A DNA stretch of 63,716 nt, counting the filler, from Phoronis australis (taxonomy: Eukaryota; Animalia; Phoronida): NCBI GenBank assembly GCA_002633005.1. It is 3 parts of 3 records of this genome, joined end to end, with 100 filler letters (N's around TTAATTAATTAA, not from the genome) between each part and the next. Parts side by side here need not be neighbours in the genome. Positions count along the whole stretch, not along the records: positions 1 to 29,372 come from NMRA01001295.1; 2 more parts are not named here. One strand, 5' to 3'. Shown here one piece after another: positions 12,192 to 25,200 of this stretch; the stretch's first letter is position 1; every line of letters begins with the position of its first letter. The notes under the pieces are model-generated. The model was not told where the DNA came from. It saw only the letters and a program-made list of their open reading frames with translations, and made no database searches. The translations under genes and the position numbers were made by a program.

Positions 12192-12505
12192 TAGTGAAAT
12201 AAAGTTGTCGTGCCCAAGACTATGGTGTTTTTCTCGCTTATTTCTTACCCGAAATTAAGGATCAGCGAACTCACCACTACATTTGGTAGCAAAGCAACTG
12301 AAGCTTATTGCCAAACAGTTTCCGAAAACCATTGAAAGTTCTATTGTCTTGCGTGGTGTGACGAACAGCGAAGGATTCTGGGACTGAATGCGGTGCATTC
12401 ACCATGACATTGACTGGATCGCTGTAAGTGGTCATTATTGTGACCACAGTTGTCAGTATCGAAAAGTTCTTAGCCTGGGTTTAACATGGCGAGTATTTAC
12501 ACCAT
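12192..12505. repeat. Duplicated ~300-bp non-coding block, copy 2
   Basis: Colinear with 2212-2510 in the same orientation. Both copies carry a minus-strand donor-like TTTCGG|GTAAGA. Confidence 0.85.
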
Positions 12506-12852
12506 CTGTACGTCGTCCTGTTTGCCTATTCTCAGTTGCCTCAACCACCAATAGGGAGCCTCCTGAAACGTGAGATTAGCTTGCAAAAATGATGTCAAAA
12601 GCTTTATTTTAGAGAAAAAAAAACAGGGAGCACTACTAATTACCATTGTCTCAAAGCCATACAGATGATTATTGTTTACTACAAAAATTATGTACATAAA
12701 ATGTGACTGGCGTGTGTGCTTCGTCTAAATGATAGATGGCGTCGCTGTTTGTTAATATGGAAGCTGTGGACGCGACTGCCAGCCGAATCTTCCTTACTCG
12801 TGTTTTTTTATCTTCGTGTCAGAGCCAGTGACACAACAAGGGAGCCACTTAA

Positions 12853-14483
12853 AGCAGAATGCCACACAAAAAACAACCCATTTTTTATCAATTTAGACTG
12901 AGTAGTTCTACTAGATAACGGCACGTTCTGTTGCGTTACCTGATACCTGACGGCACACGGAGGTGTTGAAATTATCCAATGACGTCATTGGTTTCACACG
13001 CAGTCTATTCAGCAGTTCACAACATGGGTTACTGGTGTCAGGTTATAGCTTGAATCCATCGTTTAACACCTATAAATAATCAAACTTCGTTGTAAAACCT
13101 TTAAAAATACAGCGAGTTCTTATAAAAACATGTTGTTTTATTTCGCTTTTCCGGATTTATTGGTATTTGGACGCACCGTAGCCTACAAAGTTCGGCAGGC
13201 CAATTTACCAAGGTCCATAGCAGGAGTTTGGGGTCTGTTCGGAGATAAATTCAAAGTATTCTTCCGTGAAATACAGACATGAGAACCTAGAACTGTGTTG
13301 AGTTCTGAACACACAAATATCTTGTTATCCCGACCAGTGGCTTGGAATTAGATCAGACCCGTCGCGGCTGGATTGACTCGTTATACCCGGAGGCCAGTGG
13401 CTTGGAACCCGATCAGTCCCGTCGCGGCCGCCGGGACTAGCACGAACATAAAGCAGCTTGAGTTGGAAACTAACCCTCCAGTCACGAAAAGACTATAATA
13501 GTGAGCCAAAGAAATACTGGGAATTAGCCGCAAAACTTACTCGTCGGAGGCCGCGAAATCGGGTTCCCCTTCCACAGGCCGTCAGGGCAAAGGTTGTACA
13601 GTAACAATGATTTGAATAATGTATTTGTATTTCTGAATAATGATTCTCCTAACATGTGACTATAGATATAAAATCGAGTAATTGCTTCAAACAGCTTTCT
13701 GTCAGGAAACACTGAATTAGCATGCGCTCTCACGGCCTCGATGCCCGGTCAAATACATTTATTGCAGGCATCAAAAGCCGGTAACGCAGTGGTTTATTCA
13801 TTACTGGCTTCTCAACATTTACACTCACGAATACTGCAAAGGCATTAAAAATTGTATCTAATGAGAACGAATTTGTTTCAGTTTTATACAAGCATTGGTT
13901 AGGATGAGAATAATTCATTGTGAAACAGAACGCAGAACACGTCTACATGGGAACTCGCCCGGCGCCAGTCCAGACTTAAATAGTCAAGAGCTCATCCAAC
14001 GAAGACTTCACGGATCGGATCGTTAGGTTTCACAGGCTATCAATTCGAACCGGAATACACTGATCAAGAAATACTAGAGAGGCGCCGTAAACATGCACAG
14101 GCAACGGAACTTATGGATAGTTATTTGGTAAGCCGGAATTCGTCACAGAAATCATTGTCGATGAAATGCCGGGCACAGACACGGAGATGTTTCAGGAACT
14201 CATACTTGCTATTAACAGCGTACATTACATTCTGCACTACCACGAGCCACTTACTAAGCTTTTCAGGCTCTCGAAGAAATCGAAAAAACTATATAACCGC
14301 TTTCTTCTCAGCTTAATATTTCGGACAAGCGGGAATGATGCACTGCGATATAGCGGCATTCACTATTCATACGAACCACTGACGTCGCTGCGTCGTTTCT
14401 CACCTTCCTCACAGGTTAACACGACAACTCTCGGCAAGGTGAGGTCGACCGTAAAAGAGGCAATGTGTAAATAGACCGATTAA
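12853..14483 (-). mobile_element. Kolobok-like non-autonomous DNA transposon, family 1 copy A (right terminus missing)
   Basis: TTAA|AGCAGAATGCCAC left terminus; colinear with copy B; decayed THAP coding region on the minus strand (~14100-14365). Confidence 0.75.
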
Positions 14484-16343
14484 AGGAGAATGCCACCCAG
14501 AAAAACAACCTATTTTGTATCAATTTAGATCGAGTAGTTCTACTCGATAACGGCACGTTCGGTTGCGTTACCTGACACCTGACGGCAGACGGAGGTGTTG
14601 AAATTATCCAATGACGTCATTGGTTTCACATGCAGTCTGTTTAGCAGCTCACAACACGGGTTACTGGTGTCAAATTATCGCTTGAATTCATTGTATAACA
14701 CCAATAAATCACGAAATTTCGATGTAAAACCCTTAAGAATACACCGAGTTCTTATAAAAACGTGTTGATTTATTTCGCTGTTACAGATTTATTGGTATTT
14801 GGATACACCGTAGCCTACAAAGTTCGGCATGCCAATTTACCAAGGTCCGTAGCAGGAGTTTGGGTCTGTTCGGAGAGAAATTCGAAGTATTCTTCCGTGA
14901 AATACAGAGAAGAGAACCTATGTTGTTTAGACTTGTGATTTTTTGAGGTCTAAACACACAAAACGCTTGTTAACCCGGCCAGTGGCTCGGAACCCGATCA
15001 GGCCCGTCGCGCCGGGACTGACTCGTTATCTTGGCCAGGGGCTCGGAACCCGATCAGGCCCGTCGCGGCAGCCGGGACTGGCACGAACATAAACCAGATT
15101 GAGTTGGAAACTAAACATCCAGTCACAAAAAGTCTATAATAGACGGTGGTGTAGTGGTAAAAGGAGAGGTAAGTAGGAGCCGAAAGCCTACGGTATCACC
15201 TTGAGCACTGAACGTAACTTACGGTGCGTAGGCGCTACGTTCAAATGCTAAAAGGTGGTTGGCTAGGCCTACGTTCGCGTACGCCCCAATTCAACACTGA
15301 TAATAGTGAGCCAAAGAAATAATGTGCACGTAATTATTTAAGTGAATTAGCCACGAATCTGAAAATCTACTTACTTGTCGGGGGCTGCGAAGTCGGCTTC
15401 CCCTTCCACAGACCGTCAGGGCAAAGGTTGTACATTAACAATGATTTGAGTAATGTACTTGTATTTCTAAATAAAGATTCCCCTAACATGTGACCATAAC
15501 AAAGAAAATCGAGAAATTGTTTCAAAACAGCTTTCTGTCAGCGAACACTGAAATAGCATGCGCTCACACGGCCTCGGTGCCCGGTCAATTACCTTTATTC
15601 ATTGCCGACATCAAAAGCCGGTAACGCAGTGTTTTATTCATTGATGGCTTCTCAACATTTGCACTCATGAATACTGCATAGGCATTACAAATTGTATATA
15701 ATGAGACAGACTTTGTTTCAGTTTTATATAAGCATTGGTTAGGATGAGAATAATTCGTTTGGCAACTCGCCCGGCACCAATCCCGACTTACATGTATATG
15801 TAGTTACGAGCTTATCCGACGAAGACTTCACGGGTCGGATCGTTAGGTTTCACAGGCTATCGGTTCGAACCGGAATACCCTGATCAAGAAATATTAGAAA
15901 GGCGCCGTGAACATGCACAGACAACGGAACGTTTGGATAGTTCTTTGGTAAGCTGGAATTCTTCAGAGAAATCACTATCGACGAAATGCCGGCCACAGAC
16001 AGGTAGATGTTTCAGGGCCTCATACTTGCTATTAACAGCGTACCTTTCATTCTTTAATACCGCGAGCCACTTCCTAAGCATTTCGGGCTCTCGAGGAAGT
16101 CGAAAAAACGATATACCCGCTTTCTTCGCAGCTTCATAAATCAGACAAGCGGGGAACGATGCACCGCAATATAGCGGCATTAACTCTGCAAACAACCCCC
16201 TGACGTCGCTGCGTCGTTTCTCACCTTCCTCACGGCTTAACGCGACGCCTCTCGGCAAGGTGAATTCGACCGTATAAGAGGCGATGTGGATGTAGACCGA
16301 CTAAGACGGTAAAAAGACTAATTATATCGGGTGGCATTCTACT
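14484..16343 (-). mobile_element. Kolobok-like non-autonomous DNA transposon, family 1 copy B (complete), carrying a THAP zinc-finger ORF
   Basis: TTAA target duplication; TIRs AGGAGAATGCCACCC / GGGTGGCATTCTACT. ORF 15884-16258 contains MPLYCGASFPAC...SFFRLPREPEMLRKW...VCGRHFVDSDF (THAP C2CH). TTAA plus RR..YY termini plus THAP fits the Kolobok superfamily. Confidence 0.8.
15144..15299. mobile_element. 156-bp hAT-like MITE nested in Kolobok-like copy B
   Basis: Absent from copies A, C and D. Termini CGGTGGTGTAGTGG / CCAATTCAACACTG; flanks ATAATAGA / ATAATAGT (8-bp duplication with one mismatch). Confidence 0.75.
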
Positions 16344-17419
16344 TTAAGAGGGTTATGGCTCTGTGTTCAGTGCAAGAAAATCTTCGACTCGGTCAAAACT
16401 CATTGTAATTTTTCGTTCATATCGTAATGTCCCCGCAAGTTGCTACGAATTGTAGTCTCCTGACTCCACGACTGGTCCTGCTCAGTCACATATTTAGCTA
16501 TCCTGGCTACTACAAGCCCATACTCTGCAACTGGCCTCGATTTATGCGGTACTTTACATCATCTCAGATGTTCTGAAGTGTCTTTAGCATGGTTGACTGA
16601 AGAAACAAAGCATTTGTGATCGCACTTGTTTGATGAAAATTCTCTAAACGAGCATAAATGATCTTCTTTCTTCATTTTGTCTTTAAGAACATGATAGCCT
16701 CAAAACCAGTTTTTACAAATAACATTTCCCACAAATTCCAACTTCAAATGGATTTGTTTTCATTGATAGTTGATATGAAAATGTCAAGTAAATGATAATG
16801 AAAGAAAACAAAAGTTTACATGTACAATTTTTCTATATATCCTCAACCTAATGTCAACTGACTCACTAGACAAAAGTCATCGGGTTCAGTTTTGATAATG
16901 ATCGCGTAATACTTCCAGAAAACAACTTGTTTACATTTGAAAGACCATACATTTTATTTTCATAACAATTTAAAGCAGATTTTTTGTTCAAAATGTCGTT
17001 CAATTTGTCTGTGAATTCTGCTCCTCATATCCAAAATCGACAGGTGTCCAAGACAATTTCCACTAAAAGTAAATTGAGGCACAATAATTTTCGTCAGTCA
17101 TCAAGACTTAGTCATTAGCTGTCTGTTCAAAAAAGTTACATAAAACTACAAGGTGCAATATGGCAGTAAGAGGTCACATAAACCACTCGAATTAGCAAGG
17201 AAAAGGGGTCTTTGGATTATCTCCCATGTCTAGCACAAAGAAGTTCAATTTCGGTAAATACCAAACAATATTTACAATATATATTTAGCCACCAAAGTAC
17301 AACTTTCAATCTAGAGTTACTTATTTTCGTTGCCGAAAACATACAATTTTGGGAGATGGCTAATATGACCAATTTCAATCTAGAGGTCATTGAATGCACA
17401 AAATGTGGCATTTACATTT

Positions 17420-18622
17420 TTGTTATCCTGGCCAGTGGCTCGGAGCCCGATCAGGCCCGTTGCGGCCGGCCGGATTGACTCATTATCCCGGCCAGTGGCT
17501 CGGAAACTGTTCAGACATGACGAACATAAACCAGCCAAAGCTCAGTGGAAACTAAAATTCCAGTCAAGAAAATACCATACTAGTGAGCCAAAGTAATGTG
17601 CACATGATTATGTTGGTGAAACTGCAAATCTATTTACTCGTCGGGGGCCGCGAATTCAGGTTCCGCTTTCACCGATAGCAGGCCGTCAGGGCAGAAGTTG
17701 TACATTGACAATCATTCTTTGAGTAATGCAAATGTAAATAAAGATTCCCCTAACACCTGGCCGTGGGATGGAAATCGAGTTGTTTCAAAACAGTTTCTGC
17801 CAGCAAACACTAAATTAGCATGAAGTCACACGGCCTCGGTGTCCCGTCAATTAGTTTTATTGCACCTAAAGCCGGTAACGCAGTGATTTATTCATTGCTG
17901 GCTTCTCAAATCATTAGCACTCACGAACACTCCAAAGGCATTACAAATTGCATCTAATGAGACAGACTTTGTTTCAGTTTTCAATAAGTATTGGTTAGGG
18001 TGAGAATAATTCATTTTGTAACACAACGCTCAGTAAAACGCCAACATGGCAACTCGTAATCCCGACTTAGGACGAGCTGGAGCTCGATCATGAGTCCCGA
18101 CTTCGCAGGTGGATCGTTAAGTTTTACACGCTATCAATTCGAACAGGAATACAGTGATGAAGGAATACTAGAGAGGCGCCGTAAACAAGCTCATACAACG
18201 GAACGTACATGTATGGAGTTATTTGCTAAGCTGGCATTCGTCAGGCACTGTCGACGTCTGCAGGCCACACACACAGAGATGTTTCACGGCCTCATACATG
18301 TACGTGCTATTTACAGCGTACATTTCATTCCTCACTACCATGAGCCACTTCCTAAGCATTTCGGACTGTCGAGGAAGTAAAAAAACGATATACCCGCTTT
18401 CCTCGCAGCTGCTTAGTTCGGACAAGCGAAAACGATGCACCGCAACATAGCGGCATTCACTCTGCATATGAACCACTGACGCCGCTAGCGTCGTTTCTCA
18501 CCTTCCTCACAGGTTAACGCGACACCTCTCTGCAAGGTGAGGTCGACCGTATAAGAGCCGATGTAGATATTGACCGATTAAGTCGGTAAAAAAAGAATAA
18601 TTAAATCGGGTGGCATTCTCCT
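17420..18622 (-). mobile_element. Kolobok-like family 1 copy C (left-truncated)
   Basis: Colinear with the right two-thirds of copy B; ends GGGTGGCATTCTCCT|TTAA; decayed THAP (MLRKWLMVVRNE..HLCVCG). Confidence 0.8.
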
Positions 18623-19620
18623 TTAAAACCGTTTAAACATGGCATTTTAAGTGGCGTACCTCTTGGAGAATCGATATCGTGTACTTAATGGAATTGTACA
18701 TCATGTGCACTCGCCTTGCAGTGACCGTGAAAAGAAATTTCAACAAAAACAACCCACGCAATCGTATACATGTAGGTTTAGCAGAGCCTTTTCGGGCTCA
18801 TCACGCACATGCCGAAAAGCATCAAGAAGTCGGCCTGAGCGCACGACACAGCATGGTGACTGCAATCGAAAGGACGTTGCTTACTTTCAGCCTATGTACT
18901 AGGGAGGGAGCGTCTTCATTTGTTGCTCTGTCTCTCCGTCCCCCGGGTTTCCGGACTTGTTTTAACCGCTTGCAAGTACATGTACGTACAGAAATCTCTC
19001 CGATCGTCCGGATCAATAGTGGCGACCGAGTGTCCAACAGTTCACATAAGCACGACAACAACAGCAATTAAACACCCTGTTTATTAGACAGCAAATTGCC
19101 ATCACCAGAGGAAAATGGCAACAAAAACTCGCTAATATATCACGTGACACATGTAAATTAAGCTACATCTGACAGCAAACATAACTAAATAACGTACGGA
19201 TATGTCTAGAACAAGCTTCGTTTTAATACCTGCTGCTTGTACGAAAATCCCGTTATATATTTATATGTACATAGCGTATTCTAGCAATATTAATGAGATT
19301 TCTCTCTCTCCCATGGGCCATGTCATTGGTATGCCCTATTAGCCATTAGTAACTGCGTGAGTTAGCTGTTTGAAAATGTCAACCAGTATGTGGAACGAGT
19401 TCAACTTGCTAGAAAGATGCCATGTTGTTTTTAGAGGTTCGTCATTCTCATATAGTTTTGAGCAAAATCAACAATTTGATAAAGTCGCAATGCATGCTCA
19501 GTGATGTCCATGGGATACCCATGTGGTCACTGAACAACACACCTCGTGTTCGCTGCCTCTGAATACGTGTAATAGCTTCATGAACTAGCTAGCTAACTAT
19601 ATGACGTGCAACACTGAATG

Positions 19621-19870
19621 GGCGCACCCAGCCTAAAAATCGGGGGGGCTCGAATTTGAGAGTGGACCTTTTGCTTAAAAAGACGATTCACTGGGTACTT
19701 TCACAGCTATGAGTTGTGCTTTCACCGATATTTGGTAGTTCCTGCCTTTTTAGTGGAATTTTTCTCCAGTTTTCTACTTTTTAGGAATTCCTATTTCTTT
19801 GAAGAGGATTTTTTTGCCCGCTTCGCCAAATAGGGAGCTTGTTCGAGCTCCCGAGCCCCCTGTGTGCGTG
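19621..19870. mobile_element. MITE-like element
   Basis: Imperfect inverted ends GGGCGCACCCAG..GGGGGGCTCGAA / TTCGAGCTCCCGAGCCCCCTGTGTGCGTGC. Confidence 0.45.
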
Positions 19871-20000
19871 CAAGGCATGCATTAGTATTATACGCTAGCC
19901 TCTTCGCCACATCCAAAGTACATGTACATGTCGTCCTACATTTCTACATGAATATAAATGGTATGAACACATAACATGTAGGTGAATTAGATTCATAGCG

Positions 20001-21371
20001 TCATTTTTCATCATTCTTGACTTGTCTTACACTGAAATCGCTAGTGACTCCACGTGATTTTCGCCCATTGAGAATGACTTTCAATCCGAAAAATACGGCA
20101 TCGGTTAGTGTCAGAATAGAAACGCCGCACCAAAAGCCCAAATGGCCTCCAATTTCGGACAGCAAGCTCCATGTCCAATTGGGATACTTAGCTGTCTCGG
20201 TAATCTCTTCGACTTCGTCATTATTGAAGAAAACGTTCACCTGCGCAAAGTGTTGGTTGATTAACTTTTTGCTCAACATAAAGTCCATACTGTATTTCGA
20301 CATTTCCTTGAAGGCGATAGACGAAGTCTTGTTCTTGACATATTGCCTGTAAAATGCAGCTGGGGCATAGTTATTGGGCCAAATAAACGCAGACTGACTT
20401 AACTTAAAACTGTACTCTTCGCAAGTTTCCTGACAGTCGCAGTGCTGGTAATACTTTAGTTGGAATTCGTTCTTTGCTTTCAACATACAGTCAACTTGGT
20501 TTGACCATCTTTCGTAAGTGCAATTGACAATGGCCGTAATATTACCACAGAATGACACTAGAGAATGCCGCTGTATCGGCAGGTCTGAATCTTTGCAGTG
20601 ACATCTATCGACTACATGAGACTGTTCACAAGCACGTAGACAATTTGCTTTCGAATTCCCACTGTTATCGGTGCAATTAGACTTAAACGGAGGACCAAGT
20701 CGCCTTGTTTTCAACGGGTGAACCGCAATGGACGTGGAGAATCCTGGCGCTATTTTGATGGAATTTACCGACGGATTTATAAACTCTCCTTTATTATGCA
20801 CAATTACTCTGAGACCGTGAGAATTAAGATCTGTCAAAGTGGAATACTTGGACGCCATGTTTGTCTGTTGTTGTAAACTTGGAGAATACGAATATAGGAT
20901 CAGCGATAGTCCGTTCTCGTCGCCAATTTTTTTCATAGCATTGTCGTCCATGCTAAACGTGAAACATCGTCCGTAATAGGAATTTAAAAACTCGGTTATT
21001 TTGCTGTCGTTGCACTTCTTGCTGTCGTACTTACAATCAATTACGATATCCTCCAGTTTCCACGTGTAGTCACCAATTGTGTCAACGTTATCGTAAAAGA
21101 TAGGAAAGCCTCCATATTTCTTGTTTTTTTCGGTATACCTGACAATGTCATCTGATAGACACTTTCTGAAGACAGGCATAAGTTGTTTGAAAACATTAAG
21201 AGCTTGGCTCGATGAAGCGGCCGCCATATTACAAACTGAGACACTGGGGAACGGCTTGTCTGCTGTGTATATCTTCTCCACTGTCTGGTGGTATGGATAT
21301 CTATAGTAGTTTCTGATAGACAACACCACATTGGCTGCTGCTGTCGTGAGACTACCGACTAGCAGTACTAC
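20001..21371 (-). CDS. DEG/ENaC channel subunit, terminal coding exon B (456 codons), paralog of exon A
   Basis: Same motif set as exon A with an identical TM2 region (YPNWTWSLLSEIGGHLGFWCGVSILTLTDA). Branch-like CCTAAT and acceptor TCATTCTAG|GTA at 21372/21371, phase 0, at the same codon as exon A. The reading extends the listed ORF by VVLLVGSLTTAAAN. Confidence 0.93.
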   Translation of the reverse strand, partial: VVLLVGSLTTAAANVVLSIRNYYRYPYHQTVEKIYTADKPFPSVSVCNMAAASSSQALNVFKQLMPVFRKCLSDDIVRYTEKNKKYGGFPIFYDNVDTIGDYTWKLEDIVIDCKYDSKKCNDSKITEFLNSYYGRCFTFSMDDNAMKKIGDENGLSLILYSYSPSLQQQTNMASKYSTLTDLNSHGLRVIVHNKGEFINPSVNSIKIAPGFSTSIAVHPLKTRRLGPPFKSNCTDNSGNSKANCLRACEQSHVVDRCHCKDSDLPIQRHSLVSFCGNITAIVNCTYERWSNQVDCMLKAKNEFQLKYYQHCDCQETCEEYSFKLSQSAFIWPNNYAPAAFYRQYVKNKTSSIAFKEMSKYSMDFMLSKKLINQHFAQVNVFFNNDEVEEITETAKYPNWTWSLLSEIGGHLGFWCGVSILTLTDAVFFGLKVILNGRKSRGVTSDFSVRQVKNDEK

Positions 21372-22238
21372 CTAGAATGATGAATTAGGTCAAGTTTAAG
21401 TCAAGCAAAATTTGATAACTTCAAACTTGAATAAAATTTCTGGGGATGATTGCGTTCATAGTGGCTGATTCTACGCCAAAGGATTTGTTGAGGGTACCGT
21501 AACGGATGGCATTAGTCAAGATTATCGGAAGCAACAGGCACCACAGTAATTACGCAGACTACTGTCGTACTCGCTATGAATAGTGTTTGAACGGCTCAAT
21601 GAACTTGAAGGAACACGAAGTGACTCAGTGACCGGTTGTTTGCAAAATAATGAAATACTAATTTAGGGTTAATAACAATACAGGTTAATTCCAACAAACT
21701 CCAACTTTCCTATCAATTGATGCGAACAATTTAAATGTGCCACCTCTGAAATATACCGTACTGAAATTTAGTTTTTCTGACGTTGCCAAGCCTCGTGCTC
21801 AATTTGCGTTTGAACGATGATTGATTGGGTCCCTCTGCCAAGGTTCGTAGACAAAAACTGCCGGGCATGCAGTCGTAATTTTGATAAATAGCCAAACCAT
21901 ATCACTGACGAAAAAGAGTCAAAATAATGTCAAGCATACCTACTTAATTATTAGAAGCTCTTACATCAACATGTACACCTGTAGTAACTATGAGTGTTGT
22001 TATACTCGTTGGTAACTCCTTTGGCCCTGTCGAGCTAGGCTCGTGATAGGAGATCATTTCGACAAAAGAGATTTCCGGTCAAAGTTAAGGTTTGAAAACT
22101 TTATTAAGAACATGGGCAAAATGCGTATTAATCACCGAAAAAAACGACACCTTTGGAGCATGCGTATTAATCACCGAAAAAAACGACACCTTTGTCGTAG
22201 CACAACAGAAACGGCAAGATTGCGCAGCAAATGCTTAA

Positions 22239-25200
22239 GAGCAATTCCATATAAAAACGAGATGGTGGGCTATATATGCAAAATCACCAATTTTTTTGAA
22301 ACTTAGCACATCTGCTGGCCTTGTCTAAGGAAACCTGAGCCTGAATTTTTTAAGAGTTTCCGAGTTTTTTTTAACACTTTTTACGACAACTTTGTACTTT
22401 TTCTGAAAAATAGCAAATAATAGTACTTGGAAGTAGGTGAATTATTATCAACAACAGCACATCATCGCTTCACGCTATTGAAAAAATAACTATATAGCAG
22501 AAAGGCGATAGAATAACATACATGAAAACCTAGTTCGGATGGAATTGTTGATTTTTTATGTCCTCCCATTTTAGCCTACAAAAATAGCATTTTCACTGCT
22601 TATTATTAAGGCCATTTTTACGCAAATCTATGTCGGATTCTTTTGGAACATGAGTTAACTTCCATCTATTACTGCTGTCTGTTCAGCCCAACGCCTTAAT
22701 AAAAAATCTTGTCTCTTTCATAGTTTTTGTGCAGTCACTTTTTTACATAACTCACACACAATTCTGCCAATCTGTGATTGTCAGTTTGATTAAAAGACAC
22801 TAGGAGGCGCTACTCGATTTTGCAATTATCTATCGACCAAAATGCTAAATAGAGCAAATATCATTCGTTTTGCTACATTAGTGACGAAGGAGATTATGGG
22901 AAGCTGTATGAGAGATGTTTTCTTCGCGGTTTTCAGTTTTGCTGGTGCAAAAATAAAAATTTGTTATAGGATTACAGAAATCAAAAACGTCAATTTTAAT
23001 GTACTTATGAGTTAATAATACAAACCCATCACCATCTCATACTTCAGAGAAGCAGGTTTTATTATTATTAAGGGTGGCCATTACCCATTACTTGGTCAGT
23101 TTTCGAACACCGTAATTGACTAAGAATGCCACGCACTGCCTGCAGTGCATGCTGGTCCATTTTCAGACCTCCTGAACAAATCCCTGTATATGCGCTTGAA
23201 AAAGTTCTCTCAAACTATTAGCAAAGTTCGTACTAAAACTAATCAAGATCTTCGAGAACACAAGTGAAAAGAGGACAGTGGATATGAGCAAAAGTGTCGT
23301 GTTATTGGACATACAAAGTGTCACGCAATGCTTCTTGTACTACATAAAAGCGGCCGAGCATGGTGGCAGTGCGCCAATGGAATTTGCAATTTCAGAAAAA
23401 TAACAGGTACGGATATTTACGATTGGAAACATAATACTTTCAGTGATATGCAAGGTGCCGGCTTTCCAAACCAGTATTTAAGCAATTGGGTGTTGTTGCG
23501 ACTTACCAGATAAAAGTTTCACAATACGTAAATTCCGTTCATGCGGCGGACTCAAAACTACAGTTTCTTGACTGTATGCTAGGTTTAGTGTATGATGCAT
23601 TTCTACACAACACTTCAAAAAACTGCATTTTGTTTGAAGAAAACAAGAGCTACTGAAACACGAAGTCCTTTTTATTTTGCTCAGTACACATGTCTAAGAT
23701 AGACGTTTCTCAAAACTAGATAATCATTCCTATAAAAATCTCAGTAGTTTCAATAGATTCAATCATATAAACGGTATGCTTTACGAGTCTCAAACTGAAC
23801 ATAAAACAAAAAACGCTAGTAAAAAGTGACAGAAGATTTCAATGTTGACCGTCAGTGGCTGGGATTATATTCCCCGAACGGCCACCACTCAAATCTCTCT
23901 CCCATGGAAGCCCCGAATTTGCGTCATCTTCCATGTTTCCCAATTTCGCCCAGGGTGGACCCCAGTCCCCTAACTACGATAATGATGACCACAACACTAT
24001 CATAAGAATAGACAACAACTAAAACACGTTCATAATTTCCTACAGTTTATAATAATAACTCATTCATGACTTCAAGCTCCAACTAATTCTTAGAGGCAAA
24101 CTCGTGGGCAGCAGCAGGATCAGCATCTTCAATATTCTGAATATTTTGGATTCGAGACGCGGCAACAATATGGGAGAAAAATCAAGCAAACTGCTGCTCC
24201 GACAGCCACTCTTCATAGGAGAAAACTTTTCCTTGCTTATCCCTGGCTTGTCGCATCATCTTTACAACCTTAGCTGGCTGTTGTCTTCTGCCTGACTGTT
24301 CACCTTCAGGAAATATATCACTGGGTTAAGTCTTTACCTTCTCAGAGAAGTGGACCGCTTTTCTAATACTTTTCAGGGTCCAATCCTGCGGCGACTTGAT
24401 CAACAACGTAAACGGCAGATAACTCAGGTGATGATAAAGCTGTGGTAGTAGATAACATATAAGATTGTCTTGAAATGTGGTCGAACTGAGTCTCGTTCTG
24501 GAGGGATGGTGAATGAGCACCAACATTCAAGTGCTCATTTAGCTCAGCATCTGTAGGAAAATATTTCGAGCACCCATAGTGTGTGCATGTGAACTTCGTA
24601 TGACGTTCACGGGATACCAGCCCCGACTCAACCCTTGGAGTTGTAAAACACTCGAGTGTTGCAAGGTCAAGACTTTTCAGGGTCAACAGTTTACATAATT
24701 TGTTGATGACAAGTTTTCCCTCCCCTACTGTTTAGGCCTTCCATGCTCGAATGCCATCGGCGGAATACTCAAAGTTTGTCAGCAAACTTATCCCTGGGAT
24801 ACTTTGCCTGGGAAGGACCTTTGGGGCATTCACACTACAGGCCGACACATAACAGCCTTTGACACCTCCTCTAGACTCTCGCACATGTTTCAGGTCGACT
24901 GCATTTTGTTGCCTTCATTGACGAAGTACTTGGCATGGGACTTCAAGGGTGCGATTTTCCTGTCACTGATGTCTTTTCCCTTCTGACTTTCACTGAAGTC
25001 GTAGCGCAGAATGGACATGCCGGTGTTACCAGATATGTAAAAAAATGAATCAGAAGGGCAGCTGAACGGTAACAATTGGCATTGTCAGAGCGTAGGAAAG
25101 CTTCCGTTATTTGTGGATCCCTAGGTTTCACCTCCCTTAGCACATCTAGCGTTAAACAGCAAACAGAGAAAAAGTCTTGCTTGCAGGCATCTATAGTATG

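Noticed and set aside
12380-12430. SSQCHGE on the minus strand as a possible HG exon for exon A
   Set aside because: It lacks the F..TS context, the frame hits a stop before any donor, and the paralogous block reads SHCNAE.
14484-16343. piggyBac, P-element or host THAP gene interpretation
   Set aside because: Termini are AGG..(C/A)CT rather than CCC..GGG, the TSD is TTAA rather than 8 bp, and the THAP is multicopy, TIR-bounded and decayed in sister copies.
18679-19071. 130-aa plus-strand ORF
   Set aside because: It has no recognisable motifs, no convincing splice signals and no paralogous counterpart near exon A.
22121-22194. 39-bp-period direct duplication next to the Sola3-like end
   Set aside because: It is a simple two-copy local duplication outside the TIR with no further structure.
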